From Porphyridium purpureum (Eukaryota), in NCBI GenBank assembly GCA_008690995.1, contig VRMN01000002.1:1550001-1614000 (forward strand): a DNA stretch of 64,000 nt. Reading direction: 5' to 3'. Positions 53,291-62,958 of this stretch are shown here, piece by piece. Position 1 is the first letter of the stretch. Every line of letters starts with the position of its first letter. The position numbers and the translations under genes were made by a program. The notes beneath the pieces are model-generated. The model had not been told where the DNA came from, searched no databases, and saw only the letters and a list, made by a program, of their open reading frames with translations.

Positions 53291-55879
53291 ATGCTGGATA
53301 TTGAGCAGGCGCGTAGGCAGCGCGGCGCGCAGGCGCACATCCAGATGCAGCCGGCGATCGGGGCACAGGCGCAGATGCAAGCATTTTCTGGTGCAAATGG
53401 TGAAGTGGGCGCCGCCGTATCGGATCAGAACCTGCAGCATGAACAAGGCCAATGGCCTGGCGCGCAGCTCGGGTCCAATCATGATTACGGCGGGACCATC
53501 GGCGCCAGCCACAGCGCGACCGCAAGTAACCACTTTGTGTCCCACGCCACGTCCAGACACATGACAATGCCGATGATGCAGGCTGGGAATGGTGGTGGGA
53601 GTATGAATTACTCACCGCACTTCGATAGATACGACAGCGGCAGCGCGAGTAAGCAGTCCCGTGGCGCTGGCGCCGCCGTGCTATTCCAGTGGCGGCGCGC
53701 GTTGCGTGCTGGCTTAATTTGGCTCATTCGGTTTGCACAGGTGCGCAAGCACGCCTACATGAGCGTGCTTTTGTTTATAGGCTTGTTTCTCTTTTTGAAC
53801 GACTTCTTTGCCAAATGGGAAACCAGTGCTCGGGCACTTCAACTCTTGAACGTGGAAGTGCATGTTGGCTCCAGCGCAGTTTTGCCTGGCTCGAGCGTCC
53901 GGCTTTTGGAATCCGCGACATCGGCATCATGTCCTGCGGCGTTGCAACAAGGCGCGCAGCTCAATTTGGCCGAATCGGCGCAAAGTTCAAAGATGCCCGG
54001 CTGGTCGATTGTCGCGGCGTGCCAGAACAAGATCGGTCGCGTTCCCCTCGTTGTGAAAAACTGGATGCTGATTGAGGGCGTTTCAGAAATCGTGCTGGTT
54101 GATTGGGGGTCGTCGGAACATTTGGCAGGGGTGCTGCAACGGAGCAGTGTCCCATTGGGGCACGCGAACGCGACGTCGCCTTGTGTGCGGGTGGTCCGCG
54201 TCGACGCGGAAGATAGCTGGGTACTTTCGCGAGCGTACAACCTTGCAGCGAGCCTAGCACGGTACGAAAACCTGCTGCGCTTGGACTGCGACCACGTCGC
54301 GTCAGAGAAGATCTTGCACGCACACCCGTTGAGCACGAGTACTTTTTACACGGGCGACTGGTCTTCGGCAAGAAATCCGAACGAGGTGCATCTGAATGGC
54401 GCCATGATTGTTCGACTTGCAGACTTCGCGGCCATTGGAGGGTATGATGAGCGTATTCAAACGTACGGGTGGGATGATGAAGAGCTGTATGGGCGGTTGC
54501 GGGCGAAACGCAAGCTAGAACGCAAAACGTTCAACTATGACCTGATTGCGCACCTTCCTCACGGTGACTCGGACCGCGGCCAAAAGGGTATTCGATTTGT
54601 GCAGGCCGAAGTCGATCTGAATCGAATCTTGCTGGACAAGTTGCCGAGCTGGGGTGCGAACATCGCTCACATGTCCGTATATCAAGCTGACGCAAACGGT
54701 GCGCTGGTCGCCACACAGCGCGCTCCGTCGCTTTTCAGTCTGGTCGACTCAAAAGAGCGAGATGCAGCTTGGCTCACCGCTCTCGGTCGCCGTCTGCACG
54801 ACGAATTTCACGTTCCGTGGGACTTGCTCGAATCGATGGACTTTGTAGCTCGCGAGCGGCTGCTTTCAAGGCTTGCAGCTCTTGCCCAGGAGATGCAAAG
54901 TGGTCGTTCAGATGGACTGACGTTGGCAAAACCTCCGAAAGTTCTGATTGCGCATGTGCAGCACGGGCTCGGTAACCGGTTGCGCGCACTTGGCAGTGCT
55001 ATGTCGTTTGCCGCAGTCTCGGGCCGCGCGCTTATTGTCCTTTGGGAAAACGATCTGCATTGTGGAGCAAATTTCGAAGAGCTCTTTGAAATAGACTCTG
55101 TCCCTGACATCGTGGTGATTTCGAAAATCAAATTGAGCTGGCCGTTTCTGGGCGTTGAAAAGTGGGACTCGGCGTGGTCCTCGGTGGCGCGGTACAATTA
55201 CATGGAAGTGGAAGGATCCGGTGCTTTGAAAGGCGAGAAAATCCTTGACTTGAAAGACAAACATATCTACGTCAAGTCTGCGTATGTGATTGAGACGGAC
55301 GACTCGCGACTGACGTCATGGGAATTAGACAACGTGAATTTGCGCCGTTTGGTGCCCGTTGCATCGGTGCGCGCCATAGTTCAAACATTTGAAGACAAGG
55401 GCCTGCACGACATGGTGGGCGTGCATATTCGGGAGCGTCGGCTAAGTGAAGACATCAAGCAAGTGCGCGACGCAGCGCAAGAGTACGGTGCGTCTGCATC
55501 CAGCATGATGGACAAGTGGCGGCTAGCAGCAGACCACGTAAATTTCGTGGAGCACATGCGCGAGATCCAGTCGCGCGAGCCCAGTGTGCACTTCTTCGTG
55601 GCGGCAGACAGGCCAAGCACGATGGATGACGTGTCGATGCTTTTCCCCGACGCCATATTCCACTACGACATCACTGTACACGAGCAGCACAGCGGCGCCT
55701 TGTCATGCGACGAGCGCACACGCGCGTGCGTTCTGGCCGCGCTCGTCGACCTCGTGTGCCTGTCGCGCACCAAGCGCATCCTCGGCTCGAATTGGAGCTC
55801 GTTTACCGAAGCTGCGATGCGACTGTCTGGCAAGAGAGCCGAGCTGGCCGGAGTCGATTTCGGTCCAAAAGTCTCGTGA
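53291..55879 (+). CDS. Type II membrane protein with two glycosyltransferase domains (GT-A GT2/GT7-like plus fucosyltransferase-like GT-B)
   Basis: TM helix; EIVLVDWGS, LSRAYN, LDCD, GGYDERIQTYGWDD; then HGLGNRL, VGVHIR, FVAAD, LVDL..LS..ILGSNWSSF. Confidence 0.85.
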   Translation: MLDIEQARRQRGAQAHIQMQPAIGAQAQMQAFSGANGEVGAAVSDQNLQHEQGQWPGAQLGSNHDYGGTIGASHSATASNHFVSHATSRHMTMPMMQAGNGGGSMNYSPHFDRYDSGSASKQSRGAGAAVLFQWRRALRAGLIWLIRFAQVRKHAYMSVLLFIGLFLFLNDFFAKWETSARALQLLNVEVHVGSSAVLPGSSVRLLESATSASCPAALQQGAQLNLAESAQSSKMPGWSIVAACQNKIGRVPLVVKNWMLIEGVSEIVLVDWGSSEHLAGVLQRSSVPLGHANATSPCVRVVRVDAEDSWVLSRAYNLAASLARYENLLRLDCDHVASEKILHAHPLSTSTFYTGDWSSARNPNEVHLNGAMIVRLADFAAIGGYDERIQTYGWDDEELYGRLRAKRKLERKTFNYDLIAHLPHGDSDRGQKGIRFVQAEVDLNRILLDKLPSWGANIAHMSVYQADANGALVATQRAPSLFSLVDSKERDAAWLTALGRRLHDEFHVPWDLLESMDFVARERLLSRLAALAQEMQSGRSDGLTLAKPPKVLIAHVQHGLGNRLRALGSAMSFAAVSGRALIVLWENDLHCGANFEELFEIDSVPDIVVISKIKLSWPFLGVEKWDSAWSSVARYNYMEVEGSGALKGEKILDLKDKHIYVKSAYVIETDDSRLTSWELDNVNLRRLVPVASVRAIVQTFEDKGLHDMVGVHIRERRLSEDIKQVRDAAQEYGASASSMMDKWRLAADHVNFVEHMREIQSREPSVHFFVAADRPSTMDDVSMLFPDAIFHYDITVHEQHSGALSCDERTRACVLAALVDLVCLSRTKRILGSNWSSFTEAAMRLSGKRAELAGVDFGPKVS

Positions 55880-56177
55880 CGAGCCGCTCCGGAAATTAGA
55901 CCGATTAAACCGATTCTACGGATTCCATTTTTTATGTTCAAGAACTGAACTTTTTTAACATTTGGCACGCGCGGTCACGGGAGCGCTCGTCGTAGCAGCT
56001 GGAAAGCAACGTGGACGCCGACTTGTATCCGCAGACGACGCTTGGTTTGTGTACCAGCACGCAGAGTGGGAGACTCGAGGTTGTGGAACTCGCACGTGTA
56101 GTGCAGCGCACCGTTGACCTGCATTGAACCTCTGCTCAACAGCGCACACTTGGCCGTTTCCGACGCAGCGGCGTGGA

Positions 56178-56816
56178 ATGATGGAAGCCCAAACATCACA
56201 CAATGGCGTGATTGGGGTACTGCAGCTGCAAGGCGACTTTGCAGAGCATGAGGCCATGCTCAAGAGTCTGGGCGCTAAAGTGCGCGGCGTCCGCTCTCTC
56301 GAAGACCTCGAAAGTGTGGACGCGCTCGTGCTCCCCGGAGGCGAGTCGACGACCATCGCCAAACTGCTCGTGGCTCTGCAAATGATGCCGCGGCTCAAAC
56401 AGCGGATTGTAGAGCAAGGGATGCCCGTGTTTGGCACCTGTGCGGGGTGTATTTTGATGGCGAACGAGCTCGTGGACTATCCGGAGCAGCCGAGGATCGG
56501 CTGCATGGATATCTCGGTAAGGCGGAACGCGTACGGTGCTCAAATTGATTCATTCGAGTGCGAGGTGGCATCTGACGTACAACAGTTCCAAGAGGGACCC
56601 CCGCTGCGCGCAATTCTCATCCGTGCACCGGAAATCATGGCTTTCAATAAGGGTGCCGTCAAGCTACTCGCACACCGAGGGGAAAGGGCAGTGCTGGTCC
56701 AGCAGGGCCACATGCTTGCCACCACATTCCACCCGGAAATTACCACGGACTCAAGAATCCATGCCTACTTTCTTCAAATGGTTTCGGAGGCGCTGGACGC
56801 ACAAAAGCAAGGATGA
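56178..56816 (+). CDS. PDX2: Pyridoxal 5'-phosphate synthase glutaminase subunit
   Basis: GVLQLQGDFAEH, LPGGESTT, FGTCAG, RNAYGAQIDSF, FHPE. Confidence 0.96.
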   Translation: MMEAQTSHNGVIGVLQLQGDFAEHEAMLKSLGAKVRGVRSLEDLESVDALVLPGGESTTIAKLLVALQMMPRLKQRIVEQGMPVFGTCAGCILMANELVDYPEQPRIGCMDISVRRNAYGAQIDSFECEVASDVQQFQEGPPLRAILIRAPEIMAFNKGAVKLLAHRGERAVLVQQGHMLATTFHPEITTDSRIHAYFLQMVSEALDAQKQG

Positions 56817-56931
56817 TGGTGACGAGATGGAGGAGAAAAAGGCGCAATGAAGCCATTCAGTGCCATGCATGTGTATTATCAAGACAGCGCAGTTTATTAG
56901 TGATTAAAGAACGGTCATTCTGGCCCTCTCA

Positions 56932-59900
56932 CTACGTATTCGAAGCGTCCGTGTCGTCGCTTTCCGCTTCTTTGATGGCAAAGGCAGTCCAACTTGGGGT
57001 GTTTGAGCCACTTCCATGCGTTGGCCGAGACTCCAGGTTCGCTAAAGCATGATGATCCTCTTGTGCTTCCAGCCGTGGGGTCGAAGCTTCCACAGGCAGA
57101 ACTTGACTGCGCGCAACCGTCTCATCCGCGCGAGGCTCAAGAGCCGTAGTCTCTTGTATATCTTCGCTATCCCTTTGACCGTGATCTTCATTCGCGAGGT
57201 GGCTGTCTAACTCGGTCGCAACAAAGCTAGTACCCGATCCCTTGGTGACGTCGCCTCCTTCACTGTCTGAAAGAACTTCTCGCGACTCATTGACTAGATG
57301 AAGAGGCGGCGGTAGCACTTCTTCACTAATCGCCTTCATGTCACTTGACAGATCCGTGGAGAGACACGCGTCCACCCTTTCGGAGCGCGCCGCGCCCGGT
57401 GTGAGTGGCAAATTCACGCTGTTCTCAACTTTCATCGGCTGGACAAGCTCATGTGTACGAGCAGGATTAAAATCGCTCACGTCGGGACGCCCTATGCTGT
57501 CCTCACCTTGAGCTGGGGATAGCTTCGGGGCATCTAAATCCAGACAAAGGTCCGTGACGGCAGCGTCGACTTTGCTTGGTCTCGCGAGCGTTCCACTATT
57601 TTGATCTCTAGATTGCAAATGCGCTTGTGTCGGTTGCTCCTTTCGCGTGCTCGCGCTGTGAACTGTAACCTGCGCTTGTTTCGATACAGGACTAAGCACT
57701 GCTTCTGTAGAGATTGCAGCACGCTGGCTGCTAGTCTTCGAGCCATTTACAGGAAGGCTTGCTTCATCTCTGGACCCACGGGGTGCACGCGGCGTCTGCT
57801 TTTCCATGACAGGAGGTGGGCGCTCGAGTAGAAACTTGGGGACCTTATCTGCGCGGCCACTTTCGAAAACGCGTTTCACTGCAAGCACCAGCTCGCCCTG
57901 CTTGTCCGCTGGAACTTCTTTTCCGTATCCATTGCGCGCAATGGTTAAGACTTGGATGAGATTGAAGCCCAGGGGAGCGGCATCATGAGCGACCCACAGC
58001 AGAAACTGATCAAGCTGCATGAGATGCGCTCGCACAAACGCATTAGCCTTGTCGAGTCCAGGGACTGGAGTGAGTCCAGTGATATCCGACAAACCGACAG
58101 CCAGACATTCGTTATCAAACAGCATTTGAGCTCGCCCTTCTGAAGAGCACTGCACTTCGCTGTATCCTTCCAGCACTGTGTCCATGACACCCAAGCACAG
58201 CTGGAAACTCAAGAGCTCCTTTGACTCAGTCGGCACCTTGTAGCGATGCAGCTCACTCAATGCCGATGCCTTGCAAGCCGCGAGCACGTGCTCGACAAAT
58301 TCAGATGGCTGCGCAGCACCTGCCACTACAGTAGGATCACTGGACACAACTGAAAACTTTGATTCACGGGAGATGAGCGAAATGACCCACTCGGTACCAA
58401 TAATATCCCGGCAAATCATGGCGTAGACGCTAGTCCGAATAGGCGATGCCACGTTCAGGGCAGAGCTGAAAAGGCGAACAGCCTGACTTTTGACGGCTTT
58501 TGACGCAATACGTCCCTGCAGCGAGGGTAGAAGTGGTTCTGTCAGTGCGGCAAGCGTCCACATAGATTCCACAGCGGTACAAATTTCGCCCAGAGATAAT
58601 TCTCGCAGCGCGCCTACGACGCCGGGGCTGGCTGCCCCTGAATTTTTGGTAGCACCCTTGCCACTCTCCTTGCCACTGGCAGCGAACAGGTATCGATTGC
58701 GAACCTGCGACAGAATGACGCGATGCATGGGTTCCAGGAAGTGATCGAGCAATTTCCTCGACGGCTCCTCACGTGGCACAAGGCCCAGTCTGGGCGCAAT
58801 TTCCCGCCAGTACGCAAACTTCGGGCGTCTACATGCGCAGAGTTCGGACACGTGGAACACATACTGCAGAAACAAGTCTGCAATGGCTTCAGCAATCTGC
58901 AAGGCCAGAACAGGGAACGAGCGCCCGACTTGGATGTATTTTGTGATCCATCGGAATGCCGCCAACGAACTGGGCGTAAATGCGCGAGAACCAGCCCACT
59001 CAATGTCTTCAACCGCGATGGCATTGCTTGTGAGATCCGGTGGCACTTTCCAGGACGTCGGCTCCTGGGAGATATCCCCGACTTCAATATGAGGGCCGCG
59101 GTGGTTGACCGTTTCTGACGATACATTCAAAGACACAACACCTTCGCTCAGGACCGAAACGTCGCATTTCTCGATGGCGGATGTTAGCAACGCCACGTCA
59201 AGAAACACTTGCCTGTCCCACAGCTGCTCGCTTTCTTCGTTCCACGATCGCATGCACTCACCCAGCGAAACAATATCTGCGACTTGCACGTCACATCGCT
59301 GCCAGCTCTCATTGCGCAGCATAACGCGCATCAGCTCCATATTCTGTTTGTGTGAATGCTCAAATGAGGCTTCAGCGATCTGCGTGAGCTGGCGAACGAC
59401 CGCTGAGTCACAGACACGCTGGTCCAGCACGCTCTGCGGCTCGTTGTGACTGCTTCCATCTGCGCCTAGACTGAGGTTCAGGTCTTCAAACAATATGCAA
59501 AATGCAACGAGACGACGCTGCAGTAAATACACCTGCATGATTGTGAGCGGGCGCAACGCCTTCAGCTGCTGCTCGGCCGAGCGGAGGAGCTCGAGAGTAT
59601 GGCTCTGTACAGTGTCACTCAATTCAAGGCTCGCCGAGCGCAGGGCAGCCGCACAGAATACGTGCTGCTCCTGATGATCTTGTCCTGACACAGATGAGGC
59701 GTCGAAAGGGACCCCTTGCGTGCGCTGTGTGTGAAAAATGTACATGCTCCGATAACTAAGCATCAGCGATAGGAGTCGACGTGCCAGCGCAAGAATAAGA
59801 GCTACAACGTCTGTATTCCGATCTCTCTGAATCTGCGCGGCGCAGCTTGCGTTCGCCTCTCGCGCCTCGCTCGTAAATTCTTGGACTAGTCGTGTCATCA

Positions 59901-60867
59901 AGTCCTCCGTGGAATGCAGTTCATTGTACGAAGCGAAGAGCTTTGCGTACTCGATTTCGTCAAAATTGGTACACAGCGAGCGCACACCCGCGTGCATGCA
60001 GGCGAGCGCTTCGACTGAAATTCGCGAAATGTTTTCGTTCGCAGTTTTGAGAATTCTGATCTGCGCCAGAGGGCCGTTTCTGGTGTGCGGTAGCAAGTCT
60101 TGAGATCCATTGTTATCCTTCCGCGGTAAAGTAGTACAAGACGCCTCAAATCCGTTCAGAGTGCGCTCGTACGCCTTGCAGTTGGTGAGAGCAGCGGTGT
60201 AGTTTCCGCGTTGGAGTTCACGCTCTGCGTCGCTTTGCAGGGCGAGCAACTTGCGCATTGTCTGTACTGCGTTCTGCACGTCAAGAAGAAATTGCTTTTG
60301 CCGCTGGATTCGCTGGAACTCTTTGCCGGATGCTGAAGCGCGTTTCACTGCGCCTTCCATATTCACACGCGCATGTGCCACATTGCTGACGGCTGCGCGC
60401 AGTGCAGTGTGGAGCTGAGCCGTATGGGTCACGGCCCCAAAAAATGTCGCGTGCTCTTCCGTGAGCTGCTTCGCCATATTAGCCTCCATCAGCTCATAGC
60501 TCCGTCGCATCCTTTCCTCCAGGTCGAGCACCTCTTCAATCCTGTGAGGCGGTATTGGCGCAAGTCCATCTCCACTAGAGCTCACGCGGAAAAACAAGCC
60601 TGCCGCGTATTGCAAAGCATCAAACTCGGACAATGCCGAGCGAGCATCAACTGGACCGCTCAACGAGTACTGCGAAGATTGTGAGGCCAGCTCTTCCGCC
60701 GCTGCAAGTGCAGGCGTGTCTTCGCCCCGCAGCGCCGGGTGCAACGTGTCCAGAAACGCGCGGATCTCTGCTTCTGAAAGCAACAGCTTTGGCCTCGCGG
60801 GAGGCGCAGACGCAGACGCAGAAGATGCCGATGCCGAAGCCGACGACGACACTCCACGTCCACGCAT
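56932..60867 (-). CDS. Syndetin (VPS50/CCDC132)-like tethering subunit
   Basis: Vps54_N-like coiled coil, MRVMLRNESWQRC, AVES, VLEGYSEVQCSSEGRAQMLFD. Confidence 0.8.
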   Translation of the reverse strand: MRGRGVSSSASASASSASASAPPARPKLLLSEAEIRAFLDTLHPALRGEDTPALAAAEELASQSSQYSLSGPVDARSALSEFDALQYAAGLFFRVSSSGDGLAPIPPHRIEEVLDLEERMRRSYELMEANMAKQLTEEHATFFGAVTHTAQLHTALRAAVSNVAHARVNMEGAVKRASASGKEFQRIQRQKQFLLDVQNAVQTMRKLLALQSDAERELQRGNYTAALTNCKAYERTLNGFEASCTTLPRKDNNGSQDLLPHTRNGPLAQIRILKTANENISRISVEALACMHAGVRSLCTNFDEIEYAKLFASYNELHSTEDLMTRLVQEFTSEAREANASCAAQIQRDRNTDVVALILALARRLLSLMLSYRSMYIFHTQRTQGVPFDASSVSGQDHQEQHVFCAAALRSASLELSDTVQSHTLELLRSAEQQLKALRPLTIMQVYLLQRRLVAFCILFEDLNLSLGADGSSHNEPQSVLDQRVCDSAVVRQLTQIAEASFEHSHKQNMELMRVMLRNESWQRCDVQVADIVSLGECMRSWNEESEQLWDRQVFLDVALLTSAIEKCDVSVLSEGVVSLNVSSETVNHRGPHIEVGDISQEPTSWKVPPDLTSNAIAVEDIEWAGSRAFTPSSLAAFRWITKYIQVGRSFPVLALQIAEAIADLFLQYVFHVSELCACRRPKFAYWREIAPRLGLVPREEPSRKLLDHFLEPMHRVILSQVRNRYLFAASGKESGKGATKNSGAASPGVVGALRELSLGEICTAVESMWTLAALTEPLLPSLQGRIASKAVKSQAVRLFSSALNVASPIRTSVYAMICRDIIGTEWVISLISRESKFSVVSSDPTVVAGAAQPSEFVEHVLAACKASALSELHRYKVPTESKELLSFQLCLGVMDTVLEGYSEVQCSSEGRAQMLFDNECLAVGLSDITGLTPVPGLDKANAFVRAHLMQLDQFLLWVAHDAAPLGFNLIQVLTIARNGYGKEVPADKQGELVLAVKRVFESGRADKVPKFLLERPPPVMEKQTPRAPRGSRDEASLPVNGSKTSSQRAAISTEAVLSPVSKQAQVTVHSASTRKEQPTQAHLQSRDQNSGTLARPSKVDAAVTDLCLDLDAPKLSPAQGEDSIGRPDVSDFNPARTHELVQPMKVENSVNLPLTPGAARSERVDACLSTDLSSDMKAISEEVLPPPLHLVNESREVLSDSEGGDVTKGSGTSFVATELDSHLANEDHGQRDSEDIQETTALEPRADETVARSQVLPVEASTPRLEAQEDHHALANLESRPTHGSGSNTPSWTAFAIKEAESDDTDASNT

Positions 60868-60993
60868 CGCGCTGTTGTCGCGACACGCGTCCAGCCTTCT
60901 CGTCCCGACTTGTATCGCCTGTCCATTGTGACTGCGCCTTCCTCGGCAGCCAACCTGCGGCTGGAGTACAGTCCTGCGGTACACCTCATCGAA

Positions 60994-61010
60994 GTACAGT
61001 TAAACTGTAC
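60994..61010. promoter_or_regulatory. Palindromic element GTACAGT-N3-ACTGTAC upstream of the VPS50-like gene
   Basis: GTACAGTTAAACTGTAC, with an extra GTACAGT at 60966. Confidence 0.6.
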
Positions 61011-62958
61011 ATTTGCGACGGAATTCTTGTCGCTTGCACTTGAGCTCAGCGTGTGGGCGTGCGCGCGAGAAGCAGGCAGAGCGACTGAGACATGTGCGCT
61101 CGACGCACCGGCGGTCGTTCAGCGCCACTGCCAAGGAGAATTTGCCTTCGAACAAGCGAACAAGAATGTCGTGATGTGAATGACTGCTGGGCTGGTGCCA
61201 ATGCTGTTCAAGCGGGTGGACGGAGGGCGAGTCGGCTACAAGGGGATCATCCTTTTCCTACCCAGGATGCTGACACGCATGACCATCGTCTGGACAGCTC
61301 CGCAGCTTCGACGAAGCAGATGGTGTGCGCCTGGCGTCGATATGAAGACGTTAGAAGCAAGTGCAAAAGGACCATGAAGTCATAATTGGGGGGTTGCTTG
61401 ACATCTCGCTTGAATTCTTGGAGCCACGACTCATGTTGAGCAGCATGCGCGACCGCGAATGGCGTAGGACTAATTTGCGCACTGCGGGAATATTGGCGTT
61501 ACGTTTCTGGCGTGTAAGGTCACTGATGCGTGCGCATGGCAGTGAGACAGAAGCGCGAGACAACGAGCGCGGTAGCAAAGCAAGAAACAGAGTTATCTGC
61601 GGTGGTTTCCGTAACTTTGGAAAAGGGTAGGCAGCTTTTGGGAAAATCGTCCTTCGAGTGCGAACAATTTGGTATCGATAAGGAGGTCAGCAAGCTCACG
61701 ATTATTGTGATCGACATGCTTGTAGAGTCTGTCGGAGCATGTGTGCTCCTTTTGTCAAGCTGATTTCGTACGGAAGGCTTTCCTATTCACTGTGTCCGTG
61801 GTTGCGCGTAATCGAGAAAGCGCTGCCTGAAGATGGGATGATATTGGCTGACATGGATTCCCAGTGTGACGCTGACTGGTAATACGAAAGAGCCGCTGCC
61901 AAGTGCGACGCTCGTAAGCTTGTGCTGGGAGCGCTGGACGCAGTTGCGCCGCGCCGCTGCGAGTTTCGAAAGACCGCGCTGTATCATACAACAGTTTCCA
62001 ACTTCTAGGCACCAGTATCCGAGGTTCATGAGGCGTCTCTGCCTTGAACAAAGAGTATTTTGCCCAACAATTGCCTCTTCCTCGAGCTGTGTGAACTTGA
62101 CGAGGTTGGAGACCAAGGCGAGAAAGAAGACGGAGGACAATGCAATGCTGAGTACAAAGCCGGAGACATGCAGACGGCTACCTATGATTTTGCACCGTCA
62201 GAAACGCCTAACCTGCCCAACTACAAGACCATTCGGAAGTGATTGCCTGACCCGGTCTGCTCAATCTAGATTACCTGCGCAACTGCTGTCTACAGTGTAG
62301 CTGAATGCACCCGAAAGCGTAAGATCAAGCTGACACACGAACTGATTGGTAAGGCAATAGCCAAGATCAATGTGGTCTGACAGACAACGAAGCCAATGGC
62401 CAACATAGTGAACTGCGTGTCATCGGACATGACCATGAACTTGCGTAGGCACGTGTGCCAGAGTCAGAGCTTTCAGCAGGATGCTGGTATGGAGTTTTCC
62501 CATGAGTATCGTCACAAGATTCCACTCTCGAACCGAAGCATTTCACAAGCACGACAGATGTGGCCGCACCAGCAGAGCCGACGTGGTCACGGCCGGACGC
62601 TTGTCGCTCGTAGTGTCAATTGCTCCAAAAAGAACAGCGTGGGTATTTCCTTTGGCAACTGGAAGGTGATTGCTGTGTGACGGCTCTACACTAGTGAACA
62701 TCTACTGGAGCTGCAGTCGCAGCAAGCAAGCAGAAACGTTGGCGCGTTGAAGCTCATGTCTCTTCGTTTTCTTCGTCTGTTGCTTCTCAGGAGAGTAGCC
62801 GACCACAGCGGTAAATATGATGATACGTTGATTCTACATGAGAGTTTTAGCGATACCTAAGTAGCAGCAAGCGAAAATGGTAACCTATTCGCTCCGCCAC
62901 CAGCGCACTGTTCATTTGGTCTTACAGGAGAGCGAGTCGTGCATTTCTGGTGTGGTGC

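Noticed and set aside
1923..55879. Polysaccharide biosynthetic gene cluster (transporter, sulfotransferase, GT)
   Set aside because: The transporter is about 45 kb away and unrelated genes intervene; no evidence of co-regulation
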